This document shows, piece by piece, positions 46,504-57,415 of a DNA stretch of 64,000 bases. A model generated the notes under the pieces. The model saw only the letters and a list, made by a program, of their open reading frames with translations. It was not told where the DNA came from and ran no database searches. The DNA comes from Deltaproteobacteria bacterium (GTDB lineage Bacteria > Myxococcota > Kuafuiibacteriia > Kuafuiibacteriales > Kuafuiibacteriaceae), in the NCBI GenBank assembly GCA_040218735.1, contig JAVJQW010000042.1, positions 256,001 through 320,000 on the forward strand. Reading direction: 5' to 3'. The position numbers and the translations under genes were made by a program. Within the stretch, counting starts at the first letter, position 1, and every line of letters starts with the position of its first letter.

Positions 46504-48039
46504 GTGCGGCGCCTCGGCTTCGTGTTGGTCGCCGCGCTCGCGGTCGCCGGTTGCCGTTGCACGGAGACGACCTCCGCCGTCGACATCCCGATCGATCTCG
46601 ACCAGCTGCGGGAGCGTCACGCGCCGCCGCAGGTCGTCGTGAAGATCGTGGAGCAGACCCGACGCCGGGGCGGCGGTGGCGGGTGCGGGCACTCTCCGCT
46701 GTGCGTCATCGTGCTCCCGTTCATGGTGTACGACGCCGTGTTCCCCGAGCGGTGGGAAGAGGTCACCGTCACGGAGGGGGGCAAGGTCACGTTCGTCGGC
46801 TCCTACGAGCGGAGCGGTCCGCTGATCGAGGCGCACGCGCAGGAGGGCGATCGTGTCCGGTACTTCGGTCGCCTGGAGTTGAAGGCGCTTCACCGTCGAC
46901 TCTACGTGCAGCTCGGGGAGGCGACCCTCGCGGAAGACGGCACGGTGGGGGCGCGGCATCGGACGCCGATCCAGCCGCAGGTCGACGTCCTCGCGCTGTA
47001 CGAGAAAGCGCTCGCCGAAGAAGACGACGCCGATGACCGCGCGCGGTTGATCCTCGAGGCGGTGGAGTGGCTCGGTCCGGAGGCGGACGCGTTCCTCGAA
47101 GCGCGGTTGCGCGACGCCGCAGAGCCCGACGCCTCGCGCGCCGAGCTCGTCAAGGCACGTTGCAAGTACGCCACCGACGCGCGCAAGGCATGTATCGCGG
47201 CGGAGACGTCCGGCGTGAAGACCGCGCTCGCGGTGGGCGCGTGCATCTACCATCACGAGGAGCTCGGCGATCTCGCGCACGAGCATGCGGCGGCGGTCGG
47301 CGCGCTGATCTGCGACGACCACGATTCGGACGAGCTCGTTTCGCTGTCGTGGGTCCTCGGAAACATGCGGACGCGGGGCGCGACGGTCACCGCGACGTGT
47401 CAGGCGCCGGCCGCTCAGGTGTTGGTCGACCGTGCGCTGGGGCGCTCGATCGCCGCCGAGGCCGCGGAGGCGGCGGTCCGGGGCGACGATCCCCACGGGC
47501 ATGCGTTTGCGATGCGGTTGAAGGCCCGGGGGGCGGACCGGAAGATCCTCTTCGCCGCACTGGATGCACACCCAGACGACGAGTCGATCCTGAAGCGCAT
47601 CGGAGAGTCGCCGCAGGCGTTCACCGATGGGGAGCTCGATCTGATCGCGAAGAGTTACCTCGCGAGCCCGCGCGCGCAGCGCAAGGCCGGCACGCTCGAT
47701 CTGTTCTACCGGTCCACGCTCGCGGGCGCGAAGCGCGACGCGGCCCGGCGTCGCGTTACGGCGGCGCTGGAGGCGGAGAAGCCGAAGCGTCGTGCGCCGC
47801 TCCACGCCGCTCTGCTCGTGCTCGGGGACCGCGACCACGCGGCGCCGGCGGCGGCGATCGTGGATGACCCGCGACCGCGTGTCCCCGACCAACCCAACTT
47901 CGTGTACGACGACGAAGATCTCGTCTTGTACGCGCTGCGTCGAATGGGTTGCGACCGGGCCTCGCTGATCGCGGCGCTCGCCGAGGGGCGCCCCACGGAT
48001 GAATCACGCGGTCCCCTGTGCACGAAGCCGATGCGGTAG
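46504..48039 (+). CDS. Hypothetical lipoprotein
   Basis: Lipobox LAVAGC followed by a helical-repeat-like body. Confidence 0.7.
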   Translation: MRRLGFVLVAALAVAGCRCTETTSAVDIPIDLDQLRERHAPPQVVVKIVEQTRRRGGGGGCGHSPLCVIVLPFMVYDAVFPERWEEVTVTEGGKVTFVGSYERSGPLIEAHAQEGDRVRYFGRLELKALHRRLYVQLGEATLAEDGTVGARHRTPIQPQVDVLALYEKALAEEDDADDRARLILEAVEWLGPEADAFLEARLRDAAEPDASRAELVKARCKYATDARKACIAAETSGVKTALAVGACIYHHEELGDLAHEHAAAVGALICDDHDSDELVSLSWVLGNMRTRGATVTATCQAPAAQVLVDRALGRSIAAEAAEAAVRGDDPHGHAFAMRLKARGADRKILFAALDAHPDDESILKRIGESPQAFTDGELDLIAKSYLASPRAQRKAGTLDLFYRSTLAGAKRDAARRRVTAALEAEKPKRRAPLHAALLVLGDRDHAAPAAAIVDDPRPRVPDQPNFVYDDEDLVLYALRRMGCDRASLIAALAEGRPTDESRGPLCTKPMR

Positions 48040-48048
48040 AATGAGGGC

Positions 48049-48747
48049 GTGCGTTACGCGCTCCTCCTGATGATCGCGTTGGTCGCGTGTCGGCCGGCGA
48101 CGTCGCCTCGTCACCCGGCGATGGCGAAGGGGGTCGAGGCGCTGGAGCGCATCACCGCGCAGACGCTGGACCAGGACTTCGGTGATCCGCAGTTCGAGAC
48201 GGCGGCGCGGTACTTCGAAGCGGTGCCGGAGGACTCGCCGGATCACCCGACGGCGCAGGCGTTGCTCGCGCAGATTCGGGAGGGCCGGGCGCGACACGAG
48301 GCGCGCCAGCGCGAGGAGGCCGAAGAAGCGGTCGCGCGCGCGGAGGCCGAGGAGCGCGCAGAGCAAGTGAGCTTGCAGCGCACGATCGCGCTCGCGAAGG
48401 AGCAGCGCGCGGCGTTCGAGGAGCGCGAGCGCGAGTCGCGTGTCGCCGCAGCGCAGGCGGAGCTCGCACGCCGGAAGCGACTGGAGGTCGCGCGCAAGGA
48501 GGGCGACCGTCTGGTCGCGAAGCGCGAGGGCCTCGCCGCGAAGCGCCGCCGTGAAGCCGAGGAAGCACGGCTCGCGGCCCAGGCCGCCGCCGCCGAGCGC
48601 GCGAAGTGCGAGGCGGCGCGAAAGAAGTGCCGTTCGACGTGCGCGTGGGTTCGGGATCCCACGACCGGGCGCACCGGGGGGATCGGATCGCCGATCTCGA
48701 TGCAGTGTTACGCGACGTGCCCGGAGTGCGACGGGATTGGGCGCTAG
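48049..48747 (+). CDS. Coiled-coil lipoprotein with Cys-rich C-terminus
   Basis: Lipobox ALVAC; long A/E/R coiled coil; six Cys in the last ~45 aa. Confidence 0.7.
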   Translation: MRYALLLMIALVACRPATSPRHPAMAKGVEALERITAQTLDQDFGDPQFETAARYFEAVPEDSPDHPTAQALLAQIREGRARHEARQREEAEEAVARAEAEERAEQVSLQRTIALAKEQRAAFEERERESRVAAAQAELARRKRLEVARKEGDRLVAKREGLAAKRRREAEEARLAAQAAAAERAKCEAARKKCRSTCAWVRDPTTGRTGGIGSPISMQCYATCPECDGIGR

Positions 48748-48800
48748 TCCGAGCGCCGGGGCCGTGCTCGACTTCGCCGAACCACGTATAATGACGGGGC

Positions 48801-49313
48801 GTGCCCAGCAGTGGCTCCTTCTATCAAGACGTTCTCGAGGCACTCTCGCGAGCGAAGGTACGTTTTGTCATCGTCGGTGGCGTCGCAGTGAACCTCCAAG
48901 GCGTTCCGCGCTTTACAGCCGATCTCGACGTAGCTGTCGCGCTCGACGCTGAGAACCTGCGCATCGTCGCGATGGCGATGGATGAGCTCGGACTCGTCGC
49001 ACGGCTCCCCGGTTCGCTCGATCTGCTTGCTGACCCGGATACCGTTCGATCGTGGATCGACGAGCGAAATCTCAAAGCGTACACGTTCCAGGATTCGAAC
49101 AACCCGCTCCGGCAGGTCGACCTCCTCCTCGACATGCCGCTCACGCTCGAAGAGCTCGAGCACGACGCGGATGTGATTACTGCCGGTGGAGTCGTGGCAC
49201 GGGTCGCCTCGATCGAGTCGCTCATCCGGATGAAGTCAGGCACCGGTCGAGCGCAGGATGCCTCCGATGTCGAGGCGCTACGACGCATCCAGGAGCTCGA
49301 AGATGGACCGTGA
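48801..49313 (+). CDS. Nucleotidyltransferase (DUF6036/AbiEii-like Pol-beta fold), putative toxin
   Basis: IVGGVAVNLQGVPRFTADLDV, VDLL, LIRMK..GRAQDASD. Confidence 0.8.
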   Translation: MPSSGSFYQDVLEALSRAKVRFVIVGGVAVNLQGVPRFTADLDVAVALDAENLRIVAMAMDELGLVARLPGSLDLLADPDTVRSWIDERNLKAYTFQDSNNPLRQVDLLLDMPLTLEELEHDADVITAGGVVARVASIESLIRMKSGTGRAQDASDVEALRRIQELEDGP

Positions 49314-49485
49314 TTCCAAGCGTGGGTTCTCGCATCACCACACCGACGAGGAGCTTCGCGCCTACCGCAAGCTCAGCGCGGAGCAGAAGCTCCAGTGGCT
49401 GCAGGACGCCTGGCAGTTCACGGTCGACTTTCTCCCCGAGGAGAAGCGACGAATCATGGAGAAGATGCGCAAGGGGGAAATCTAG
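49303..49485 (+). CDS. Small protein, putative antitoxin partner of the nucleotidyltransferase
   Basis: 60 aa, overlaps the upstream gene, AGGAG RBS; YRKLSAEQKLQWL pattern. Confidence 0.6.
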   Translation: MDRDSKRGFSHHHTDEELRAYRKLSAEQKLQWLQDAWQFTVDFLPEEKRRIMEKMRKGEI

Positions 49486-50351
49486 TTCCCTTCCTGACAG
49501 AGCTCCTGACCGGTGGGGGCTCGGCACTGTCCGGCTTCGCAGACGAGTGACTCGCACTGGTAGTCGAACGTGTTCGGGTGCGACACACACGCGGCGCCCG
49601 GTGCTTGAAATGGGCGGCACGTCGGCGTCGATAGGCCGTCGTCGGCGCACGCTTCGCCGGCGAAGACGTTGCAGAAGTTGTCCGCGTCGTTGCTCGGATC
49701 ACACGTGGCGCCCGAGGGGAGGAGCTCGAGGCAGCGGCCCTGGTGGCACGAGCCGTCGCGGCACTCCATGAAGCCGAGGTCTTGGGGGAGTGCGCCGCAC
49801 GACGCCCCGGGCGGCAGCGTGCCTTCGAACGCGCCGAGGCAAAGGTAGAGCTGGGAGAGGGGAGGACGCGTGCAGCTCCCGGCGGCGAGCGCGTCGAGGT
49901 CGGCGCGACATTGCGCGAGGCGCTCCTCGTTCAGGACGGTGACGCCCGAGTCGAGGAGGTCGTCGAGGCCGGACTCTGCGGCGTACTGCCGGAAGCTCAC
50001 GAACTGGATGGTGCAGTCGTCGACGGATCCGCCGAAGCTGTCGAGGACCCTGATGTCGGTACAGCACGCGAACAGCGCGTCGCAGGTGGCGCGCGCCACG
50101 GTGTCGACCCAGCGGTCGATCGCGATGGTCCCGATCGAAGATCCGGCGTCGCGTGCGCCTGCGTCGCGTGGGGTTCCGGCATCCGAAGCGCCTGCGTCCG
50201 AAGCGCCCGCGTCGGCGAAGCCTGCGTCGCGAGGTCTTCCGGCGTCCGTGGCGACGGACGCGTCGCCGACGCCCGCATCGATCTCGCGCGTAGGCGCTTC
50301 ACAGGCGAGGAGTGTGAACAGACAGGCGCTGATGGCAGAGTTTCGTAGCAT
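49482..50351 (-). CDS. Cys-rich lipoprotein with DAGxx low-complexity linker
   Basis: Lipobox LLAC; DAG pentapeptide repeats; about 20 Cys. Confidence 0.75.
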   Translation of the reverse strand: MLRNSAISACLFTLLACEAPTREIDAGVGDASVATDAGRPRDAGFADAGASDAGASDAGTPRDAGARDAGSSIGTIAIDRWVDTVARATCDALFACCTDIRVLDSFGGSVDDCTIQFVSFRQYAAESGLDDLLDSGVTVLNEERLAQCRADLDALAAGSCTRPPLSQLYLCLGAFEGTLPPGASCGALPQDLGFMECRDGSCHQGRCLELLPSGATCDPSNDADNFCNVFAGEACADDGLSTPTCRPFQAPGAACVSHPNTFDYQCESLVCEAGQCRAPTGQELCQEGN

Positions 50352-50446
50352 CACGACGGTGCTACGCAAGGCGCGTACCGGTGCGCGCAGGGGTCGACCT
50401 GACTCGCGATCCGACGCGCCGAGCGCGGACGGCAGCGACAGTCGCG

Positions 50447-53110
50447 TCAGACCGGCTTGAGCAGCTCGGTCTCGACGAGCACGTAAGCCATCGTCAGGTA
50501 CAGACGCTTCTCTTCCGGCCACTGCCGGATGAGCGCGCCGATCTTCTTGCCGTTCGCGAGATACGACGCGACGGTGAGCTGCGTGCGGGTCAGCGCCATC
50601 TCGTCGATGCGGCGGCCGAAGTTCTCGCAGGGTCGGAGCTCGGCGTCCATCACCGAGCGCAGCGCGTGTTTCAGCGCCTGGTTGTCGATCGAGCGGTGCA
50701 CGAGCTCGGGCAACAGCGCGTTGAGTGACTTCGCGAACGGCCGCTTGTGTTTGACGTCCGTGCGCTCCTCGAAAGTGAACTTGCCGGCCGAGCGCGCGAA
50801 GGCCTCCACCAGCCGCTCCTTCATGAACAGCGGCACGTAACGCCCGAGGTCGGTCGCGAGGTACGCGCTCGCGAGCGACGCGAGGGTCTTTCGCTGCTTC
50901 AACGCGTCGTGCACCAGCCGCCCGATGAACGTGGGGGGCACCAGCTCCTTGTCGACGAGCAGGTCCGGCAGCTGCAGCCGCGGCACGTTCGCGTACACGT
51001 ACGTGGGGCGGCCCTTCACGACTTCGATCTCGCGGAAGTCCGTCGACTGGCTCAGGCGCTCCACGACGAACAGCCGGCCGGTCGCCTGGTTGCGGGAGAG
51101 CATGCCGAAGACGGACGCGAGCGAGCGACGACCCAACGTCCCGACGAGCAACCCGCTCTTGGGGACGAGCTCGTCGTCGTGACGGAGCATCGACTCCATC
51201 CCCACGAGGAGCGCGAAGTCACGGAGCGTCGTCCAGTGCGCGCCGTCCGGTGAGATCTCCGAGGTCGCGGACAACCGCGCGCGCAGCTCCGAGCGTGCGA
51301 TCTGCGCGGCCTTGTCGTACGCGCAGGGACCGATCTTCGCCTGGTCGTTGTCGCGCAACCAGAACGGGTGCTCGCCCTCGTACGCCATCTCGTCGAGGCC
51401 GAAGGATCCCCACTTCCGCAGCGCGTGATCCGAGACGCGGTCCGCGTGCCGCCGGACGTCGAAGCCCGCGATCATCGTGTCGTGCGGGACCAGCTCGAGC
51501 TTGGCCTCGGGCATGTTGCGGACGTCCGAAACCGCCTCCGCGACCAACGCCTCCATCGCATCGTCGGCCGGCGTGTTGTCCGGGATCGGCGTGAGTGCGT
51601 TCGGGCCGAGCGGGAGCGGCGCGCTGGGACGTCGCGGTGGCGGGAGGCGCGACGGCGTCTGGTTCAGCGGGGGCAGGTCCGAAGTGATCGCCTCGAGGCG
51701 CCGCATCGAATCGTTCGGCGTCGACGACCGTAGCGGCGCGGCCTTCGGCGGGAGCGGCGGCGCCGACTGCGGGCCCCGCGCCCACGCCGACGGACGCGGC
51801 GTCCCGCCGGGGGGCGTCTCCACGGTGTTCGGTGGCGTCACGGACTGCGAGAGGCCGCGTTGGATCTCGGCGTCGGACGCCTCGACAACCGGTGGCGGCG
51901 TCGGCGGCGGCCCCGCGGGATCGTCGAACACGTGCGCGTAGCCGCCGTTCACCGCCTGACGGCTCGCGGCCGGCACGGGCGTCGAGTCGCCGACGCGTTT
52001 GTAATAGAGCGGGTCTTCGACGAGGCCATCCGGGATCGGCGACTGCGTCCCCGTCGTGGAGAAGGAGCGGAAGCCGGACGTCGAACGCGAACGTGCGTTG
52101 GGGTGGCTCCCCGAGCCGGTGGGTTTCTTGGCGTCGTCGATCGAGCCGACGCCCGCGGTCTCGGCGGCGGCGCGCCCGCACATCACTTCGATGACGGAGC
52201 GCATCGCGTCGTCGTTCGGGGTCGTGCCGAGCTGCGCGCCGAGCTCCTGCACGGCGGCCTTCATCTCTCGCGCGGACTGGAAGCGTTGCTGCGGGTCGAC
52301 GGAGACCGCTTTGAAGAGGAGCTGATCGAACTCCGCGGGGACGTCCTTGGCGTAGTGCGTGACGGCGCGACGCGGGCCGTTCACGATTCGGTTCATCACC
52401 TCGATGTCGGGCCCGCCGCCGAAGAGCCGGCGTTGCGCGAGGCCCTCCCAGAGGACGACGCCGGCGGCGAACAGATCGGTGCGGGCGTCGATCGCTCGGG
52501 TGTAGAGCTGCTCGGGCGCCATGTACGCGACCTTGCCCTTGAGCTGGCCGGCCTGCGTCTGCCACGGGCGCGCGGTGTCGTGCGCGACGCCGAAGTCACC
52601 CAGCTTCACTTCACCGCGAACGGACAAGAAGAGGTTCGACGGCGTGACGTCGCGGTGAACGATGTTGCGCAAGTTGCCTTGCTCGTCGCGCAAGCCGTGC
52701 GCGTAGTCGAGGGCGTCGAGGAGCTCCGTGACGATGCGGAGCGTGAACCACGGCGGCACCCGGAGTTTACGGCGCGCGGCGATCTTGAGGAGCTGACGGA
52801 AGTCGAGCCCCTCGATGAGCTCCATGACGATGAAGTACTCGCCGCTGTCGAGCTGCGACAGCTCGAACACCTGCACCACGTTCTTGTGTTGCACCTGCGC
52901 GGCGAGCGTCGCTTCGGCGACGAACATGTCGACGTACTGCGGTTTGCGAACGAGGTGCGGAAGCATTCGCTTCACGACGACGGTCTTCGAAAAGCCCGCG
53001 ACGCCGACGAAGCGCGCACGGAAGACCTCGGCCATGCCGCCATCGCCGATCCGTTCCAGGAGCTCGTACTTGCCGAACTTCACCGGCAGGTCTGAGGCGT
53101 CGTCCGCCAT
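50447..53110 (-). CDS. Hanks-type Ser/Thr protein kinase with Pro-rich linker and DUF4388-like C-terminal region
   Basis: IGDGGMAEV, VVKRM, HRDVTPSN, DFG, KGKVAYMAPEQ, DLFAAG; no TM helix. Confidence 0.92.
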   Translation of the reverse strand: MADDASDLPVKFGKYELLERIGDGGMAEVFRARFVGVAGFSKTVVVKRMLPHLVRKPQYVDMFVAEATLAAQVQHKNVVQVFELSQLDSGEYFIVMELIEGLDFRQLLKIAARRKLRVPPWFTLRIVTELLDALDYAHGLRDEQGNLRNIVHRDVTPSNLFLSVRGEVKLGDFGVAHDTARPWQTQAGQLKGKVAYMAPEQLYTRAIDARTDLFAAGVVLWEGLAQRRLFGGGPDIEVMNRIVNGPRRAVTHYAKDVPAEFDQLLFKAVSVDPQQRFQSAREMKAAVQELGAQLGTTPNDDAMRSVIEVMCGRAAAETAGVGSIDDAKKPTGSGSHPNARSRSTSGFRSFSTTGTQSPIPDGLVEDPLYYKRVGDSTPVPAASRQAVNGGYAHVFDDPAGPPPTPPPVVEASDAEIQRGLSQSVTPPNTVETPPGGTPRPSAWARGPQSAPPLPPKAAPLRSSTPNDSMRRLEAITSDLPPLNQTPSRLPPPRRPSAPLPLGPNALTPIPDNTPADDAMEALVAEAVSDVRNMPEAKLELVPHDTMIAGFDVRRHADRVSDHALRKWGSFGLDEMAYEGEHPFWLRDNDQAKIGPCAYDKAAQIARSELRARLSATSEISPDGAHWTTLRDFALLVGMESMLRHDDELVPKSGLLVGTLGRRSLASVFGMLSRNQATGRLFVVERLSQSTDFREIEVVKGRPTYVYANVPRLQLPDLLVDKELVPPTFIGRLVHDALKQRKTLASLASAYLATDLGRYVPLFMKERLVEAFARSAGKFTFEERTDVKHKRPFAKSLNALLPELVHRSIDNQALKHALRSVMDAELRPCENFGRRIDEMALTRTQLTVASYLANGKKIGALIRQWPEEKRLYLTMAYVLVETELLKPV

Positions 53111-53221
53111 GGATGGGGCGAAAGCGTAGCGAAGAAACGTCGCGCCGAACTACCGCCGATGTAGCCGTAGAGGGGACTTTCCGACGGGACGACCACACTT
53201 GCGTATGCTATCGATACACGC

Positions 53222-54355
53222 GTGGACCTCGAGCTTTCGGAAGTGCAAACCCGCGTCCGTGAAACCGCGCGTCGCATCGCCGAGACCGAGCTTCTCCCGC
53301 GTGCGAAGGAAGCGGATCGAAACGCAAAGTTCCCTGCGGAACAGATCCGGGCGCTCGCAAAGGAAGGGTTCCTCGCGATGCTCGTCCCGGAGGCGTTCGG
53401 CGGTACCGATCTGGGATCCGTTTGTTACAGCCTTGCGATGACCGAGATCGCACGTGCGTGTGCGTCGACCGCCGTCACCATGGCCGTGACGAACATGGTG
53501 GGCGATGCGATCTGCGCGTGGGGCAACGACACACAAAAGAAGAAGTACGTGCCCCGGCTCGCGCGCGCAGAGCTGCTCGCCGGGTCGTTTGCGCTCTCCG
53601 AGCCGGGCGCGGGCTCCGACGCTGCGGCGCTCCAGGCGAGCGCGGTGTTGGACGGGGATCACTATCGGCTCAACGGCAGCAAGTGCTGGATCACGAGCGG
53701 TGATGTGGCGGGGGTCATCCTCGTCATGGCGAAGACGGATCCGGCGGCGGGTGCGCGAGGGATCTCCACGTTCCTCGTCGAGCCGTCGATGCCCGGCTTC
53801 TCGGTCGGACGGCACGAAGAGAAGATGGGCATCCGCGGTTCGAGCACGGTGACGATCAACCTCGACGACGTCCGCGTCCCGGTCGAGAACCGCCTCGGCG
53901 AAGAGGGCGTGGGGTTCAAGGTCGCGATGCGTGCGCTCGACGGCGGGCGGATCGGGATCGGCTCGCAGGCGCTCGGGATGGGGCGCGCCGCGCTCGAGAC
54001 CGCCGCCGAGTACGTGCGGGGGCACGAGACCCTCGCGAAGAAGCAATCCATTCAGTGGAAACTCGCCGACACCGCGACCGAGCTGGACGCCGCGCGGATG
54101 CTCGTGCTGCGCGCCGCCACGATGAAGCATGCGTCGATCCCCTTCTCGAAGGAGGCGTCGATGGCCAAGGTCTACGCGACGGAGGCCGCGAACCGGGCCA
54201 CGCACGCGGCGGTCGAGATCTGCGGGGACGCTGCGCTCTCGGACGACCTCCCCCTGGAGCGCTTCCTGAGGGACGTTCGGGTGACGACGATCTACGAGGG
54301 CACCAGCGAAATCCAGCGCTTCGTCATCGCCCGACAGCTCCTCGCCGAGGCTTGA
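53222..54355 (+). CDS. Acyl-CoA dehydrogenase
   Basis: ALSEPGAGSD, GSKCWIT, KMGIRGS, GRIGIGSQALG, IYEGTSEIQR. Confidence 0.93.
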   Translation: MDLELSEVQTRVRETARRIAETELLPRAKEADRNAKFPAEQIRALAKEGFLAMLVPEAFGGTDLGSVCYSLAMTEIARACASTAVTMAVTNMVGDAICAWGNDTQKKKYVPRLARAELLAGSFALSEPGAGSDAAALQASAVLDGDHYRLNGSKCWITSGDVAGVILVMAKTDPAAGARGISTFLVEPSMPGFSVGRHEEKMGIRGSSTVTINLDDVRVPVENRLGEEGVGFKVAMRALDGGRIGIGSQALGMGRAALETAAEYVRGHETLAKKQSIQWKLADTATELDAARMLVLRAATMKHASIPFSKEASMAKVYATEAANRATHAAVEICGDAALSDDLPLERFLRDVRVTTIYEGTSEIQRFVIARQLLAEA

Positions 54356-54371
54356 CCGCCGTCACGACTGC

Positions 54372-54389
54372 GTTGGGCGGGGGCCCAAC
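54372..54389 (+). terminator. GC-rich hairpin after acyl-CoA dehydrogenase
   Basis: GTTGGGC-GGGG-GCCCAAC; no U-tract, so function is uncertain. Confidence 0.3.
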
Positions 54390-54459
54390 TCCGTATCTAC
54401 ACTGAGCGGCATCTGCGTTCTTGACCGGCGCGGGGCCCGACTCTTAGTGGAGAGCCCGC

Positions 54460-55038
54460 ATGCGTGGATGGATGACAGCCTGTTTGATGACCGGCGCCCT
54501 CTTGGTCGGTTCCCCCGCGGACGCGGCGATGAAGGTCGCCGTCGTCGACGTGCAGAAGGTCATGGAGGCGACCGGGCACTGGAAGGAAGCCGTGCAGCGC
54601 CTCGAGACCGAGCGCACCGCGCGCCAGGCCGTCCTCGAGAAGAAGCAGAAGGAGCTGCGCAAGAAGAACGAGCAGATCGAGGCGAAGGCCGCGGTCGTCG
54701 CTCCGGACGCGCTCCTCGCCGAGAAGGAAGAGCTGCAGCGCGACGCGGCGCAGCTCACCGAGGCGTTCATGCAGAACCAACGCGCGCTCACCGCCCTCGA
54801 GCAGGAAGTGACCGGCATGATGCTCACGCGTGTGAACGCGGTCGTTCAGCAGATCGCGCAGCAGGAAGACTACGCGTTTGTCTTCGAGACCGGGCCCGAG
54901 ACCGCGCCGAACGTGCTCTTCAGCCAGCGTAAGATCGACATCACGAAGATCGTCACGCAGACCTACGAGAAGGCCTACAAGGGCAAGCCGCTCGACTTCT
55001 CGCGCGTCGGTCTGGACATGCCGGGCAGGAACAAGTGA
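54460..55038 (+). CDS. skp: OmpH/Skp periplasmic chaperone
   Basis: Signal peptide, [10 protein letters not shown], coiled coil, IDIT..V; immediately upstream of lpxD. Confidence 0.88.
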   Translation: MRGWMTACLMTGALLVGSPADAAMKVAVVDVQKVMEATGHWKEAVQRLETERTARQAVLEKKQKELRKKNEQIEAKAAVVAPDALLAEKEELQRDAAQLTEAFMQNQRALTALEQEVTGMMLTRVNAVVQQIAQQEDYAFVFETGPETAPNVLFSQRKIDITKIVTQTYEKAYKGKPLDFSRVGLDMPGRNK

Positions 55039-56111
55039 GCGCGGCGGTTTCGACCACCGTCGCCGAGCTCGCGGCGCTCGTGGACGGGGAGCTCGTCCGC
55101 GGCGACGGTGCGCTCCCGATCCTCCGCGTCATGCCGACGGATCGCGCCGACCAGGGCGCGGTCACGTTCGTCACGCGGCCCGAGTACCTCGCGATGCTCG
55201 CGGGGACGAACGCGTCGGCGGTGATCATCGCGCCGGACGTCCTCGAGCGGGACGACGTCTCGATCCCCGAGCAGGTCGCGGTTATCGCGGCGAAGAAGCC
55301 GTACGTCGCGTTTGCGAAGGCAGCGCAGCTGCTCGCGAAGAAGGTTCCGGCTCCGGTCGGCGTGCACCCTGCGGCGGTAATCGAGGACGGCGCAGAGCTC
55401 GGTGCGGACGTCGCGATCGGTGCGTTCTGCGTCATCGGGCGCGGCGCGAGGATCGGCGACGGCGCGGTCCTGTACCCCGGCGTGCACGTGGAAGCGGAGT
55501 CGACGGTCGGTGCGGGCTCGGTGCTCTACAACCACGTCGTCGTTCGGCACGGATGCCAAGTCGGCGCGCGCTGCATCCTCCACCCGGGCGTAGTGGTCGG
55601 CTCCGACGGCTTCGGCTTTGCGTTGTCGGTCGACGAGTCCGGCGTCCCGGCGCACCACAAGATCCCGCAGGTCGGCGACGTGGTGTTGGAGGACGACGTG
55701 GAGATCGGCTCCAACAGCTGCATCGATCGCGGCGCGTTGGGCAGCACGACGATCGGCACGGGCACCAAGGTCGACAACCTCGTGCAGATCGGACACAACG
55801 TCACGATCGGACGCGGGGCCATCCTCGTCGCGCAGTCTGGTGTCGCCGGATCCAGCACACTCGAAGACGGCGTGATCCTCGGCGCGCAGTCCGGGATCTC
55901 GGGCCACCTCACGATCGGCGCGGGCGCGGTGGTGCTCGGGCAGGCCGGCGTGATGAAGGACCTCGAGCCGAAGGCCCAGGTCGCGGGGACTCCCGCCGAG
56001 CCGAAGGGCGACTTCTTCCGCAAGGTCGTTCGGTTGGGAAAGCTTGACTCACTCTTTTCGCGGGTGAAGAAGCTCGAAGCCCTCGCGTCTCGCGAGGGAT
56101 CTTCGTCATGA
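55035..56111 (+). CDS. lpxD: UDP-3-O-(3-hydroxyacyl)glucosamine N-acyltransferase
   Basis: Hexapeptide repeats, [28 protein letters not shown]. Confidence 0.95.
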   Translation: MSAAVSTTVAELAALVDGELVRGDGALPILRVMPTDRADQGAVTFVTRPEYLAMLAGTNASAVIIAPDVLERDDVSIPEQVAVIAAKKPYVAFAKAAQLLAKKVPAPVGVHPAAVIEDGAELGADVAIGAFCVIGRGARIGDGAVLYPGVHVEAESTVGAGSVLYNHVVVRHGCQVGARCILHPGVVVGSDGFGFALSVDESGVPAHHKIPQVGDVVLEDDVEIGSNSCIDRGALGSTTIGTGTKVDNLVQIGHNVTIGRGAILVAQSGVAGSSTLEDGVILGAQSGISGHLTIGAGAVVLGQAGVMKDLEPKAQVAGTPAEPKGDFFRKVVRLGKLDSLFSRVKKLEALASREGSSS

Positions 56112-56599
56112 CCCTGCTGAACCTGAGCCAGATCAAACAGTACCTCCCCCACCGCTATCCCTTCCTGTTCGTGGATTCGGTCGAGGAGCTCGTGCCCAAC
56201 GAGTACATCATCGCCAAGAAGGGCGTGACCGGGAACGAGGACTTCTTCAACGGCCACTTCCCGGGCAACCCGGTGATGCCAGGGGTGCTGCAGATCGAGG
56301 CGATGGGGCAGGCGGGTGCGCTGCTCGCGATCATGTCCGGCGCGAAGCTCGACGAGGAGACTTCGATCTACGTCACGAGCATCACCGACTGCCGCTTCAA
56401 GAAGCCGGTGGTGCCGGGCGACATGCTCGAGCTGCGGTCCAAGGTGATCCGACAGCGCATGGGCGTGTGGAAGCTCGGGTGCGAAGTGCGCGTCGGCGGC
56501 GACATCGCGTCGATGGCGACGGTGACCGCGACCTCCGGGCCGAAGGTGAAGCAACCGGAGCTTCCGGCCGACTTCCGAAAGCCGATCTTCAACGACTGA
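56108..56599 (+). CDS. fabZ: 3-hydroxyacyl-ACP dehydratase
   Basis: [34 protein letters not shown]. Confidence 0.95.
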   Translation: MTLLNLSQIKQYLPHRYPFLFVDSVEELVPNEYIIAKKGVTGNEDFFNGHFPGNPVMPGVLQIEAMGQAGALLAIMSGAKLDEETSIYVTSITDCRFKKPVVPGDMLELRSKVIRQRMGVWKLGCEVRVGGDIASMATVTATSGPKVKQPELPADFRKPIFND

Positions 56600-56617
56600 A
56601 GTTCCAAGGAGCAAACG

Positions 56618-57415
56618 ATGGCCGACACGAACATCCACGCGAGCTCGATCGTCGACCCGAAGGCGGAGCTCGGCGAGGGCGTGACGGTCGGACCGTTCTC
56701 GATCGTCGGGCCCCACGTGAAGCTCGGCGACGGCGTGAAGATCCACTCCCACGCGGTCATCGACGGGCACACCACGCTCGGCCGCGAGGTCCAGGTCTAT
56801 CCGCAGGCCGCCGTCGGGCTGCCGCCGCAGGATCTCAAGTACGACGGCTCGGCGACGACGCTCGAGGTCGGCGACCGCACGGTGATCCGCGAGTGCGCGA
56901 CCCTGCAGCCGGGGAGCATCGGCGAGGGGTGCGGCGAGACCGTCGTCGGGAGTGACTGCCTGATCATGGCGTACTGCCACGTCGCGCACGACTGCCGGAT
57001 CGGCAACCGCGTGATCATGGCGAACGCAACCCAGGTTGCGGGCCACTGCACGATCGAGGACTTCGTGATCCTCGGCGGCGTGACGACGGTGCACCAGTTC
57101 GTCCGCATCGGGACGCGCGCCTTCACCGGCGCGTCGACGCGCGTGGTGATGGACATCCCGCCGTTCACGACGGCGGACGGGCACCCGGCGCGCCTCGTTG
57201 GGCTGAACCGCGTCGGGCTGGAGCGCGGCGGGATGCCCGAGCCGGTGCGGCGTGCGATCAAGCAGGCGTACCGCGCGATCTTCATGCGCGGTCCGTACGC
57301 GGACGCGCTCGCGGAGGTCGAAGGGACCCTCGCGAAGGAGCACGAGGAGGTCGCGTACTTCTGCAACTTCCTGCGCGGCTCCGAGCGCGGCGTGACGCGC
57401 GGACGCAAGAAGTAG
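56618..57415 (+). CDS. lpxA: UDP-N-acetylglucosamine O-acyltransferase
   Basis: PQDLKY, IRE, MAYCHVAHDC, AGH, VHQFVRIG, GLNRVGL. Confidence 0.95.
   Translation: MADTNIHASSIVDPKAELGEGVTVGPFSIVGPHVKLGDGVKIHSHAVIDGHTTLGREVQVYPQAAVGLPPQDLKYDGSATTLEVGDRTVIRECATLQPGSIGEGCGETVVGSDCLIMAYCHVAHDCRIGNRVIMANATQVAGHCTIEDFVILGGVTTVHQFVRIGTRAFTGASTRVVMDIPPFTTADGHPARLVGLNRVGLERGGMPEPVRRAIKQAYRAIFMRGPYADALAEVEGTLAKEHEEVAYFCNFLRGSERGVTRGRKK

Noticed and set aside
50141-50285. 15-nt quasi-tandem repeats
   Set aside because: They encode the DAGxx linker of a lipoprotein, with no unique spacers or constant repeat, so this is not a CRISPR array.
45330-54355. Two acyl-CoA dehydrogenases flanking accessory genes as a possible island
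   Set aside because: No integrase, tRNA or direct repeats were seen, and ACAD paralogs are common in such genomes.
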